Source: a virus (lineage: Duplodnaviria > Caudoviricetes). From it: a stretch of 64,000 nt of DNA. The DNA lies in IMG/VR virus record IMGVR_UViG_3300028805_000046, positions 1-64,000 of that record; one strand, given 5' to 3'. The notes beneath the pieces were generated by a model, which searched no databases, was not told the origin of the DNA, and saw only the letters and a list, made by a program, of their open reading frames with translations. Shown here piece by piece: positions 46,809-56,444 of this stretch. The position numbers and the translations under genes are program-made. Numbering within the stretch: position 1 is the stretch's first letter; every line of letters starts with the position of its first letter.

Positions 46809-48533
46809 ATGTCCATAGAATTAAAAGAATCATTCGGTGAATGGCTCAATGCAAAGGGCATTTCCACCGAATTTGCCTTAGATGAAGCCGCAAGCAAGAA
46901 GCCTGCTAAGAAAGCAGCTCCTGCTGCAGCTAGTAAGAAATTGTCATCTACTGAAAAGAGCGTTGCGAAAAACTCTGACTTCTTTGGAGAACTCGCAAAG
47001 GTAATTGGTACTGAAGGTCAGTTTTTGACTTCAGGAGCAGCTCGTCAAAAATTGAAAGATGGATATGATGGAATCATTCCTGTATTCATCAACGGCGAAG
47101 GCGGTCCTCAAGCTAAACTTTACATCTCAAAGGCTTATGCAAATGATGTAAAGGCAAAACTTGATGCTGCTGGATATGAAACAGAAATTGTCGGTTCATC
47201 TCTTGCTGTAAAGAGTGCAGATGGAACTGAAACTGAAATTCATATTGGCGGAAATGAAATTAAGCTAGAAGTTGGTAAAGGCTCTGGCGCTGGAAGCGCT
47301 ATTGAAAAGTATCTTGTGCCGGCAACTCCTACTCAGGAATCTATCATTGCTTCAATCCTTCAAGCAAAGGCAGAAAATGCAGTCAAGGATCCGGGCGATG
47401 TTCCAGAATGTGTAAAGAACTTCCTTGGTGAAAAGGTCATTAAGAAACTCTCTGCATTTGGACGCTGGCTTCTTTCATCAAATCCAGTTACCCATACAGG
47501 CGTCTGCTATTACGATTCATTCAGAGTTCCTGATGATGACGTAGAAGGTTTTCAGGTTGAACTTGCACACTTCCTTTTCAACGGAACAGAAACATGGTAC
47601 AAGTCATTTGAAAAACTTTATAACAGCAACATCCTTCAGGAAATTTCGTCTGTCTTTAAGAACGGCGTAAGCAACTGGAAGCAAGCTTTGTTCTTGCACT
47701 TCTGGCGTTACTTCCACGGTCAAGATCTTCGTGATACTTGGGTAGATCATTATCTTAATGATGGCCGCTGTGGCGCAGTAAAGGACAATGTTGATAAGGC
47801 GGATATCTTCCTTTGCTTCAACCCAAGAATGGCACAGAAGATCGTTCAGGACTTGCTTACTACGAAGACACGTCAAGAATACTTTGATAAGATGACTCGA
47901 TACATCAATGACAAGTCATTCATCGGTATTTCTTTGAAGAAGATTGGAAGCAGCGTTACTTTGTCTGCTGTCAACTTCAAGACATACACCAACGCAACTG
48001 GTGATAACATCAACCCAGAAAAGAAGGTGCTTTTGAAGTTCGTCAAGCCAGGTGACAAGAACAACACTTTGAACATTGCAGCCGCAAAGATCATGCCATC
48101 TACTTCTGATGCAAATGTTACTTACACGATTGAAGTTCCGTTCAACCCAAATCATGCTCATGATCTTCACATGCCTGACAATTCATGCATGCTTATTACA
48201 GTTCGTTCTAATGGTTCTAGCTTTGGTAAGATAACCGTTGAAGCTAAGTTCAAGAACGCTGCTGCACAGCTCGGTAAACTTGTTGAACCTTTGAAGACAT
48301 TCTTTGGTTATTCTCCGACTGACGCATTGAAGAACCGTGCTAAGCCTCGCATGACGCCTCAGGAAGTATCTGCTGCATATCGTTCTATCGCTGAGGACAT
48401 TATTGGAATGTTCCAGCAAAAGGAAGAAGCAGTCTATCAGATGCTTGCACAAGGCATTGGATATCCAATTCAAGTTGGTAAAGATCCTTCTAATGTAAAG
48501 ATTGACTCTGCACCTTACATTAAGATCTACTAA
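46809..48533 (+). CDS. large protein, possible PD-(D/E)xK nuclease, possibly virion-packaged
   Basis: TPTQES, KADIFL, IGISLKK; N-terminal KESFGEWL..LDE|A. Confidence 0.45.
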   Translation: MSIELKESFGEWLNAKGISTEFALDEAASKKPAKKAAPAAASKKLSSTEKSVAKNSDFFGELAKVIGTEGQFLTSGAARQKLKDGYDGIIPVFINGEGGPQAKLYISKAYANDVKAKLDAAGYETEIVGSSLAVKSADGTETEIHIGGNEIKLEVGKGSGAGSAIEKYLVPATPTQESIIASILQAKAENAVKDPGDVPECVKNFLGEKVIKKLSAFGRWLLSSNPVTHTGVCYYDSFRVPDDDVEGFQVELAHFLFNGTETWYKSFEKLYNSNILQEISSVFKNGVSNWKQALFLHFWRYFHGQDLRDTWVDHYLNDGRCGAVKDNVDKADIFLCFNPRMAQKIVQDLLTTKTRQEYFDKMTRYINDKSFIGISLKKIGSSVTLSAVNFKTYTNATGDNINPEKKVLLKFVKPGDKNNTLNIAAAKIMPSTSDANVTYTIEVPFNPNHAHDLHMPDNSCMLITVRSNGSSFGKITVEAKFKNAAAQLGKLVEPLKTFFGYSPTDALKNRAKPRMTPQEVSAAYRSIAEDIIGMFQQKEEAVYQMLAQGIGYPIQVGKDPSNVKIDSAPYIKIY

Positions 48534-48551
48534 CGAGAAAATATTTCTTTC

Positions 48552-48578
48552 ATGGGGCGCTTCGGCGCCCCATTTTTT
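48552..48578 (+). terminator. intrinsic terminator (UUCG loop) followed by TATATT
   Basis: ATGGGGCGC-TTCG-GCGCCCCAT + T tract. Confidence 0.85.
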
Positions 48579-48592
48579 GTTATATTTGAATT

Positions 48593-49405
48593 ATGAATAT
48601 ACACGAAGATCTTTGGAAAGCATTTAACGACATTCATTTTGATGATGAAGAAGGTAAGCATCTTTATACAGATTCTTACGGGACAATTTATAAGTCAGCG
48701 ACAGGCTGGGCAGGCTCTTTTTCTGAACCGTTTGATAATGAACGAGTTCTTGACGAAATGTCAGCAAGACGAGTTGAAAAAGGTGGAGAACCAATCTCAC
48801 CTGAAGAAAGAGAAGAGCTTAAAGCAAAGTGGTCTTATGCTGGCGACTATGCCCGTAAGCTAGGCACTGAAATTCATTCTGTTCTTGAAAATCTTTGGTA
48901 CAAGAAAGATTATTTCATGGACAAGCGTCTTCTTGTCAATTTTCCAGAAATGAAGGAAGACTTTGATGAACGTAAGAAGAAATGCAAAGTTCTTTTCAAC
49001 AAGATGAAACGAATTTACGCTCCCGTGGAAAATGAATTCATCGTTTATGACAGAGACTTGGCTCTTTGCGGCACGATTGACTTTCTTGCTTACAATATGA
49101 AGACAGGAAAATACGAAATCATTGACTGGAAGACATCAAAGTCACTTGATACGCAGAATTTTTATGGAAAGACTTTGAAGGCGCCGTTTGACGATTTGCC
49201 AGAAACGAATGTATCTGAATATTCACTGCAGCTTTCTTTGTATAAGTACTTGCTTGAGAAACATACTGACATAAAGATTGACAGAATGCTCTTATTCCAG
49301 ATTCCAAATAAAGATCAGGCAGTTGGGCAAATTGTGCAATGTTATGACTTGTCTGGCCGAATAGGCGAATACTTAGAGAAAGAAAAAGACAAAAATCTGA
49401 AGTGA
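48593..49405 (+). CDS. PD-(D/E)xK exonuclease (Cas4/RecB-like)
   Basis: GTEIH, E, GTIDF, IIDWKT, YSLQLSLY. Confidence 0.88.
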   Translation: MNIHEDLWKAFNDIHFDDEEGKHLYTDSYGTIYKSATGWAGSFSEPFDNERVLDEMSARRVEKGGEPISPEEREELKAKWSYAGDYARKLGTEIHSVLENLWYKKDYFMDKRLLVNFPEMKEDFDERKKKCKVLFNKMKRIYAPVENEFIVYDRDLALCGTIDFLAYNMKTGKYEIIDWKTSKSLDTQNFYGKTLKAPFDDLPETNVSEYSLQLSLYKYLLEKHTDIKIDRMLLFQIPNKDQAVGQIVQCYDLSGRIGEYLEKEKDKNLK

Positions 49406-49409
49406 CCAA

Positions 49410-49438
49410 TTTACAAGTTTCATAAAAGTTGTTATTTT
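49410..49438 (+). promoter_or_regulatory. promoter TTTACA-N17-TATTTT
   Basis: Same architecture as other promoters in the window. Confidence 0.6.
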
Positions 49439-49520
49439 TGAAAAAAAAGGAACCGATATGAAACTTGAAGAATTTTTTGACATTTTACATTGGAAACCTA
49501 CACTATAAGGAAATGAAATT

Positions 49521-50459
49521 ATGAGCTTAGAAGATTTTATCGGTTACACAGAAGAGACGCCGCCGCAGCGTGAAAAGGTGCTTCTCGTTGACACAAACAA
49601 TATGTCAATGCGCTGTCTTTACGCCACGCCGTATGATCCTACGGATACCGACTTTACTTCTTACAAGACTGCGTTCATGATGTCTTTAAAGAAAGCAATT
49701 AAGCAGTTCCATCCGACAAAGATTATCTTTTGTCAGGAAGGCGGCAATAATTGGCGCAAGCAAGAATATGATGGTTACAAAGCAAGTAGAGCGGAAGGTT
49801 ATTCAGCCTCTCTCGTTGATTTTGACGCCTTTTTCAAGATGAATAATGAGTTTATTGCTGGACTTCAAAAAACACTTCAGAATGCATTATTCCTGCGCAT
49901 TCCAAGACTTGAAGCAGACGATCTTATCGCCCTCATTACAAAGTATAAGCAAGATTGGGATATTTTGCTTATCTCGACTGACCACGACTTTTACCAGCTT
50001 CATAAGTTTGAAAACTTTGAGCAGTATGATCCTGTGAAACATAAGTTCATTGAAGTTCTTAATCCTGAACTTGCTTTGATGCAAAAGATCATCACAGGCG
50101 ATGCGTCTGACGACATTCCAAAGCTTAAGGACCGTGTAGGTCCAAAGACTGTTGAAAAGATCTTACTTGAAGGTCTTGATGAATGGTTAGATGAAAATGA
50201 CTTGCATGCTGCATTTGACAGAAACAGAAAGATCATTGACTTCGAGTACATTCCAAAGGAATTTCACCAGCCTGTCATTGATGCAGTTGATTCTTGGAAG
50301 CAAGGCAAATTCAATGGCAATGAATACTACACTTTCGTCATCAAGCAACAGATTCCTCGTGAACTTGAAAAACTTGATGAATCTCTTGAAATCTTCTCAA
50401 GAGTAAAATCTGCTGAAAAGGAAAAAGATGGAAGCGAAACACAGAAGAATTTATCGTAA
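49521..50459 (+). CDS. rnh: RNase H / 5'-3' flap exonuclease
   Basis: LVDTNN, NWRK..Y..YKA.R, EADD, STDHDFYQL, GDASDDIP, VGPKT. Confidence 0.92.
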   Translation: MSLEDFIGYTEETPPQREKVLLVDTNNMSMRCLYATPYDPTDTDFTSYKTAFMMSLKKAIKQFHPTKIIFCQEGGNNWRKQEYDGYKASRAEGYSASLVDFDAFFKMNNEFIAGLQKTLQNALFLRIPRLEADDLIALITKYKQDWDILLISTDHDFYQLHKFENFEQYDPVKHKFIEVLNPELALMQKIITGDASDDIPKLKDRVGPKTVEKILLEGLDEWLDENDLHAAFDRNRKIIDFEYIPKEFHQPVIDAVDSWKQGKFNGNEYYTFVIKQQIPRELEKLDESLEIFSRVKSAEKEKDGSETQKNLS

Positions 50460-50934
50460 GAGCTTAAAGCTCTACGAAGATCTTTCTACTTGTGCAAGAC
50501 TTCATGTTGCAGCTCTTCTTGTAAAAGATGGCCGCATTCTTTCTGTCGGTTATAACGGTGTTCCTTCTGGTGATAGTCACTGCAAGGACACCTTTATTCA
50601 GATGGACGGAAAGTTTTACATTGGGCCTTTTGGACCTCCTGATGAATTTGAAAGGTCAAGAGTCTCCGAACAAGAATGGAAAGAAAAACATCACGAATTT
50701 TCTGAAAAGCATGAAATACATGCTGAAATGAACTGCATTGCTTATGCGACAAAGAATCACGTTGACATCACTGGCTGCGCCTTGATTGTATCAATCTCGC
50801 CGTGCATTCACTGTGCCAAATTGATTTTGTCAGTCGGCATTAAGCAAGTCTATTATGAAAATGAATATGACCGCGCCGCTTCTGAAGGAATAAATTTCCT
50901 AAGGGAACATGGCGTATCTTGTGAGAAATTATGA
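50428..50934 (+). CDS. cd: dCMP deaminase
   Basis: STC.R..V, GYNG, HAEMN, SPCIHC. Confidence 0.92.
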   Translation: MEAKHRRIYRKSLKLYEDLSTCARLHVAALLVKDGRILSVGYNGVPSGDSHCKDTFIQMDGKFYIGPFGPPDEFERSRVSEQEWKEKHHEFSEKHEIHAEMNCIAYATKNHVDITGCALIVSISPCIHCAKLILSVGIKQVYYENEYDRAASEGINFLREHGVSCEKL

Positions 50935-51848
50935 AAGCACTTGTAATATCTGACATACATTCTGACTTCTGGACTCCTTATAGCAGGGAGCCGTTAGTTG
51001 GTTCTGATCCAACAGACACAGCAGTCTATAAAGGTCTTGACTTTGTTTGGGACACATTTAGCAATCGTTTCCCTAAGACAGACGCTATCATCATTCCTGG
51101 CGACATTAGCAACGACTTCTTAACCTTTGTCCGTGTTACAAAGTGGCTGTCAAAGAAGTATAAGAAAGTCTACATTGTCCCTGGCAATCACGATGCGACT
51201 GTCCGTGGAGGAACTTCTTCAGAGTCAAATCTTATGTTCAAGACTACTGAAGAAAAGTTTAAAGCAATGGAAAACGCCTGCAAGCAGCTTGGAAATGTCT
51301 TCTTCCTTGAAGGAAAAATCATTGATGAAATTGCTGGCTGTATGGGCGTGAATGACTTTAAATGCGATACATATCAGTTTGGACCGCCACAGTACATTCG
51401 TTGGAAGAAATGGTATGACGGCAAGTATTGGCGTTATTTCGGCCAGCACCATGACGAGATCTTAAAGTACTATGATGAGACGCTTACTAACCTTTGCAGT
51501 AAGCAGCCTAAGATCATAGCTACGCATTTCGTTCCGTATGAGGCCGGCGTCAACTTCAACTACCGCAACAGTCAGTACAATGAAATGTTCTTCTTCCAAG
51601 GCGAAAAGTACTTGAACATGCTTCCTGACGGTGCTTTATGGCTTTGTGGTCATGTACACGATAGAAAGTATGTCGAGTACTACACAAAGGACGGAAAGAA
51701 GATTACGATTCTTTGTAACCCGCTTGGCTATCCGGGCGAACAGACTTCAAAAGGCGACGTCTGGATTTATCCAAAAGGCGAAGGAACGCTTCAGCGCAAG
51801 TATGAAAATATCGCTGAAGATAAGTACATTATAGATATTCCAGATTAG
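50931..51848 (+). CDS. metallophosphoesterase
   Basis: SDIH, GD, PGNHD, THF.P, GHVH, NPLGY. Confidence 0.88.
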   Translation: MKALVISDIHSDFWTPYSREPLVGSDPTDTAVYKGLDFVWDTFSNRFPKTDAIIIPGDISNDFLTFVRVTKWLSKKYKKVYIVPGNHDATVRGGTSSESNLMFKTTEEKFKAMENACKQLGNVFFLEGKIIDEIAGCMGVNDFKCDTYQFGPPQYIRWKKWYDGKYWRYFGQHHDEILKYYDETLTNLCSKQPKIIATHFVPYEAGVNFNYRNSQYNEMFFFQGEKYLNMLPDGALWLCGHVHDRKYVEYYTKDGKKITILCNPLGYPGEQTSKGDVWIYPKGEGTLQRKYENIAEDKYIIDIPD

Positions 51849-51856
51849 GAGTAAAC

Positions 51857-52342
51857 ATGACCGAAGAAGAACAGTTAAAGAAGAACATCAGAATTGCTGA
51901 ATTGAATTTGGCAGCTGCTGAAAAGAAACTTGATGACTATCGTCAGAAAAATAAAGACAGTGTCTGCAAGAAGCTAGATGAGCAGTATGCTGGAAAGTAC
52001 TTTCTAATGCACGGAAAAGACCGTTTTCGCTTATCGGCAATTAAAAATCCTATGCACCAGATTTTCGTTCATATCATAAAAATCAACTTTCAAGGCAATG
52101 GATTTATCCGTGCTAACGCAAAGGTGATTGAAATGAAAACCTTCCCAGAGGATTTTGCTGCGTCTTTAGGCAAGACCTCTGAAGACGTTCTTAATCTTTC
52201 GTATTATGAAACATCAAACTTTGACTTCAAGCCAGAAGACCTTGAAAAAGAAATGACGATTGATGAAATCGGCACAATCGTCGGCGAAGCAAAGTCGGCC
52301 TTCAATACAGTCCAGCAAGAGTTCTATACAGATAAGTGGTAA
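51857..52342 (+). CDS. hypothetical protein
   Basis: AGGAG RBS. Confidence 0.65.
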   Translation: MTEEEQLKKNIRIAELNLAAAEKKLDDYRQKNKDSVCKKLDEQYAGKYFLMHGKDRFRLSAIKNPMHQIFVHIIKINFQGNGFIRANAKVIEMKTFPEDFAASLGKTSEDVLNLSYYETSNFDFKPEDLEKEMTIDEIGTIVGEAKSAFNTVQQEFYTDKW

Positions 52343-52343
52343 T

Positions 52344-52742
52344 ATGCGTACTAACAAGTATGACAGAAAAGAGAAGAAACTGCGTCATTGGAATAGACTT
52401 TATAACAAGATGTTGAAGTCTATTCCTACTTTTCAGGAAGCAGATAGTGCTGATGAACGCTTTAAGAAAGAGCTAGGAATTAAAACTGTTGACATTTACA
52501 CGCTTGACAGAATTCTTGGCATTTCAAAATGTGGGCGTCATAAGCACGGTAAGAACCGATGCATCGGGCAAAGAAAGGAGACTTTGCTTGCACGTGAAAA
52601 ATCGGAAAGAAGAGCCGAACGAAATGGCATTAGAGCGCAGTACACAGATGAGCAGTTAGAGCAAGATTATGCTGAAGACCAGCGCATAATCATGGACATT
52701 TATGATTCTTGTTACGATCCTCTAGAGGACACATTCAGATAA
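52344..52742 (+). CDS. basic hypothetical protein
   Basis: Start reassigned to 52344; Arg/Lys-rich. Confidence 0.55.
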   Translation: MRTNKYDRKEKKLRHWNRLYNKMLKSIPTFQEADSADERFKKELGIKTVDIYTLDRILGISKCGRHKHGKNRCIGQRKETLLAREKSERRAERNGIRAQYTDEQLEQDYAEDQRIIMDIYDSCYDPLEDTFR

Positions 52743-52764
52743 ATTTCAACAAAAGGAAACTCAC

Positions 52765-53211
52765 ATGAATAAACTTATTGAAAAAATCTTTAACTTTGAA
52801 AAGAGCGATGAACAGTATGACTACGAGAATGCAGTCTATAACATTCAGCTTTCTTTCCTTCAGGAAGACAACAAGATCAATCCTGAAGACATCAAGACTG
52901 TAACCGAGTACGAAGCAAAGTACCGTGAACAGTTTAGGGAAAAGGTTCTTCCAAGCAAGGTTCTTGCAGAAGGTCTTGCCAAGGAAGGCAATCTTATCAA
53001 GGCTACTAAGATCGTCAAGCCAAACAGACATATCTGGAACGATATTTTTGGTTCCCTCTTCGGCGCTTACGAGCATAAAGACGAGAATGGAAATTGGGTT
53101 CCCGGTCCTGCTTTGGGTCATGGATATGAAGGCGGCTATGATTGCAGCTGGAATGCCGACGAAGAATTTAGAAAATTGAAAGATGCAGTTAAGGGTGCAT
53201 TTAAGGACTAA
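52765..53211 (+). CDS. hypothetical protein
   Basis: AAGGA RBS. Confidence 0.65.
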   Translation: MNKLIEKIFNFEKSDEQYDYENAVYNIQLSFLQEDNKINPEDIKTVTEYEAKYREQFREKVLPSKVLAEGLAKEGNLIKATKIVKPNRHIWNDIFGSLFGAYEHKDENGNWVPGPALGHGYEGGYDCSWNADEEFRKLKDAVKGAFKD

Positions 53212-53213
53212 AT

Positions 53214-53378
53214 ATGAAATGTTTCACCTGTAACACTGAAATTGAAGACATGAAGAACTGTGTGACTTTGGAGTTGAAATCTCCTTCTGACCCAGTTCTT
53301 AATCGTTCTGAGCAGATCTGCAGCAAATGTGCTTACGGCATTGTAGGTCGTGCTCTTTTATGCAGACACTATCAATAA
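53214..53378 (+). CDS. small zinc-finger protein (not in ORF track)
   Basis: MKCFTC...ICSKC, 54 aa, AAGGA RBS. Confidence 0.55.
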   Translation: MKCFTCNTEIEDMKNCVTLELKSPSDPVLNRSEQICSKCAYGIVGRALLCRHYQ

Positions 53379-53398
53379 GAAATGCAATGAGGGGTAAA

Positions 53399-53656
53399 AT
53401 GGAACGTAAATTGACTGAATACTCAGAGCCGTTTGACTTCTGGGTTCTTGCTTTCGTTGATAAGAAAACTGGCAAGACAATAAGTTACTACAAGAATACT
53501 TGGAAGCGCGTAAACACGCCTATTGAGGCTACGCACTTTCATACAACAACTTGGGCTAAGAAGCGTGCTGACGAAAATCGTCAAGATCCGAATGTTCTGC
53601 CGAAGATCATTCGTTATCATGCAGACTTCAAGGCAATTCTAGCAGAACATGGGTAG
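53399..53656 (+). CDS. hypothetical protein
   Basis: GAGG RBS; start reassigned. Confidence 0.55.
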   Translation: MERKLTEYSEPFDFWVLAFVDKKTGKTISYYKNTWKRVNTPIEATHFHTTTWAKKRADENRQDPNVLPKIIRYHADFKAILAEHG

Positions 53657-53662
53657 GATAAG

Positions 53663-53932
53663 ATGAATAAGTTGAAAAAGTTAGCAAAAGTCATTTTCAT
53701 TGGCGAAACTGCTTTTACTGGTGGCGTCTGTCTTCTTGCTTCTCTGGGTTCGAAGACTGTAACGCTTTATCAGATTCTTACTACTTGGCTTGCGCTTGAC
53801 ATAGGATTCCTTTTCCTTACAGTCAGCGTGCTAATGTTCATCGTTGCGTTGTTCTGGGTAAGTGACGGCGAAGAAGGCGAGTCTTATCTTGACTTTGTCA
53901 GCAGAAAAATTAAGGAAGAACTAGATGATTAA
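53663..53932 (+). CDS. two-TM membrane protein
   Basis: Hydrophobic hairpin; architecture similar to the next gene. Confidence 0.6.
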   Translation: MNKLKKLAKVIFIGETAFTGGVCLLASLGSKTVTLYQILTTWLALDIGFLFLTVSVLMFIVALFWVSDGEEGESYLDFVSRKIKEELDD

Positions 53933-54191
53933 GAAGCCTCGTGACAGAAAGATCATATTCTTCGCAGTAATAGCAGCAATCATTGCTGCTTTAATTATTG
54001 CCACCAGTTCGTCATTTCTTGCTGCCTTTACATACGCACTTGTAACGTTTCTCATCTTTGGCGGGGCACTCGCTGTCGCATTGCTTGGAACTGCATTCAT
54101 TTTCTGGGCATTTGACAGCGGATGTCAAGAGAATACTTACAGTGAAGTATGGGACAAAATGATAGCTGAAATCAAGAATGGGCTTGAGTAA
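53925..54191 (+). CDS. two-TM membrane protein
   Basis: Hydrophobic hairpin; FW..D.G....Y. Confidence 0.6.
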   Translation: MIKKPRDRKIIFFAVIAAIIAALIIATSSSFLAAFTYALVTFLIFGGALAVALLGTAFIFWAFDSGCQENTYSEVWDKMIAEIKNGLE

Positions 54192-54275
54192 AGTCTTCGG
54201 AAAATTTTTTGCCCATTAAGTTTTTTGGCAGAAACTTTATTATATTTTTGTCGTTAATTTTTCAAGGAGTAAATA

Positions 54276-54914
54276 ATGAAAGAATATGATAAGGCGAATG
54301 CCATGAACATTATGTTTGACATGCAGGAATCTTTGCAGAACGCTATCGGCGCAAAGCGAGGAACCCTCTGTCCAAATACCTGGAAGAAGGATATTCCTGA
54401 CAAGTATAGAACTATGGCTAAGGAGTCAGGGTACTACATGATGTCAACTATTACCGAACTTTTTGAGTTCTTTGAGCAGTGGAAGAAAGACAACTATCAG
54501 TTCACCGACCTTGTCAAGTTTGAACTTATTGATGCTTGGCACTTCGTTATGAACCAACTTCTTTACTTGAACATCAAGCCAACTCAGACTGTTGAATGGT
54601 TCTATGAAAAGGCAAAGGAAAATCTTGAACAGGTCACTTTCGTCAATCATGACCTTTATTACATTGTAGGTGGCGTCGTTGAAACGATGGGTGAAATTTA
54701 TCAGAACTCTAGCTACAAGTCCTGGAAAACGTACGAAACCCCGAAAGAAGATCCTTTGAAGTTGCAGGTCCTCGCTGAAAACTTCTTGTTGAAGTTCTTT
54801 GAACTATTCGTCGTTACTGGAATGAAGCCAGAAGACATCTGGAAGTTCTATTACGAAAAGAACGCAGAAAATTTCCATAGACAGCAAGATCCTAACGGCC
54901 GTTATTACAAATAG
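54276..54914 (+). CDS. all-alpha dimeric dUTPase/dCTPase-like NTP pyrophosphatase
   Basis: TELFE, ELIDAWHF, KSWK, YYEKNAENFHRQ. Confidence 0.8.
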   Translation: MKEYDKANAMNIMFDMQESLQNAIGAKRGTLCPNTWKKDIPDKYRTMAKESGYYMMSTITELFEFFEQWKKDNYQFTDLVKFELIDAWHFVMNQLLYLNIKPTQTVEWFYEKAKENLEQVTFVNHDLYYIVGGVVETMGEIYQNSSYKSWKTYETPKEDPLKLQVLAENFLLKFFELFVVTGMKPEDIWKFYYEKNAENFHRQQDPNGRYYK

Positions 54915-55157
54915 AGGAAAAAATGAAAAGTAACTTTACAGAATGGTTTGGGTACCTCATTGGTATCTTTCTGTTCTTATTGATGCTAGCAGGCATCGCA
55001 AAATCAGAATATCTTAACCTTCACATCGATGATCCTATTTCATCATCGGCAACAGAAATTCACAATAAGTAAACATTGAGAAAGTTTTCGTTGAGTTCAA
55101 AATTTGACGAAAACTTTTTTATATTTGCTACGTTAATTCAAACAGGAGTAAACAAAA

Positions 55158-55916
55158 ATGATTAAACAAATGAACTATGATAGCAAGTTTATTGACCTTA
55201 TGACTGAACTTGCAGCCATCAATCCTCAGTTGATTTTCAAGCAGGCAGACGGAAAGATTTCTGTTAAGGCTATTGAAAAGACTGAAAAGTCAATCTGCTA
55301 CTTGCTCGATGCACCGAAGGACGCATTCAGCTTTGAAAGCGAATCTTTGGCAATGATTGACTTCACTCGCTTCATTTCGTACTTCAACACCTTCAACAAG
55401 GTCAACAAGGACGAAAAGCTCTGCGATACTCCAATCCTTTCTGTTGAGTACAGCGATGATGGTGAAGAAGCACGCATCATGCATATCAACTCCACAAAGC
55501 AGAAGTGCTCATTCAAGCACCGCCTTGCAGACGAAGATGCAATCGTCAAGCCGAACTTCAACCGTATCAAGTTCGCATCTGTTGATGCAAGCTTGAAGAT
55601 TTCCGATGAACAGTTGGCAAATCTTGTGGCTATGAAGAAGCTTACCGATGCAGACCGTATCAAGTGGTCATTCCACGACTCTGTATGTACATTGACTTTG
55701 TACAACACCAGAACTACCGACACCTATGAAACCGATATTGACCTTACTCAGGCAGTGGAAACTCCGTTTGAGTACTCTACTCTTGCTAAGGGTCTTCCGA
55801 TGATCCCAACTGGCTCTTACGCCGTTGAAGTTTCAAAGACCGGTATCATGTCCTTCAAGCAGGAAAGAGCCGACGGAATTGATTTGATCTTGTATCTTGC
55901 CAAGACTGGCAAGTAA
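55158..55916 (+). CDS. 45: sliding clamp (gp45-like)
   Basis: LAAINPQLIF, IDFTRFIS, two-lobed ~250 aa, MIP.G.Y.VEVS. Confidence 0.7.
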   Translation: MIKQMNYDSKFIDLMTELAAINPQLIFKQADGKISVKAIEKTEKSICYLLDAPKDAFSFESESLAMIDFTRFISYFNTFNKVNKDEKLCDTPILSVEYSDDGEEARIMHINSTKQKCSFKHRLADEDAIVKPNFNRIKFASVDASLKISDEQLANLVAMKKLTDADRIKWSFHDSVCTLTLYNTRTTDTYETDIDLTQAVETPFEYSTLAKGLPMIPTGSYAVEVSKTGIMSFKQERADGIDLILYLAKTGK

Positions 55917-55946
55917 TACTTGAGAAAAAATTTCAAGTTTTCGCTT

Positions 55947-55984
55947 AACGCGGGGTTTACAGCCCCGCGTTTTTTTGTTATTTT
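55947..55984 (+). promoter_or_regulatory. terminator hairpin with -35 in its loop (TTTACA-N17-TATTTT)
   Basis: ACGCGGGG/CCCCGCGT stem; -35 at 55956, -10 at 55979. Confidence 0.75.
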
Positions 55985-56016
55985 TATTTCAGTAAATAAC
56001 TAAAAGGAAAAAACAA

Positions 56017-56433
56017 ATGGTAAAAGTAATCTATACAAGAGCCGTCAATGAAAGAGGACGCGATGCGTCCATCGGATTTGATGAAACGTCTTATGAATAC
56101 AAAGACGGAATCAATTCAGAAGAAGAATTTCAGAAAGTCAAGAAAGAAGTCATTGAAGAACTGAAAAATCCTGAAACTTCGCTAATCAAGGCGTCTTTCT
56201 ATACGGAAACACATGTTCCGTTTGAAATCAGCTATGATGACATCAATCCTGATGATGAATACAACAACATCGATGATGTCAATGAAATGACTCTTGAAAA
56301 GATTCTGAATGACACAGAATCTATGCCTCGCTGGATGTGGGAAATGTTGAACTGCAAGGAGAATGGAGATGGTCTTCCAGATGATGAAAACGCCTTGAAT
56401 GAATACTTTAAGACTCACGGTATCCTCAGATAA
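56017..56433 (+). CDS. acidic hypothetical protein
   Basis: AAGGA RBS. Confidence 0.65.
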   Translation: MVKVIYTRAVNERGRDASIGFDETSYEYKDGINSEEEFQKVKKEVIEELKNPETSLIKASFYTETHVPFEISYDDINPDDEYNNIDDVNEMTLEKILNDTESMPRWMWEMLNCKENGDGLPDDENALNEYFKTHGILR

Positions 56434-56444
56434 GGAGAACTAAA

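Noticed and set aside
48593-49405. CRISPR-Cas system (Cas4-like gene)
   Set aside because: No repeat-spacer array or other cas genes; a stand-alone phage exonuclease is the simpler reading.
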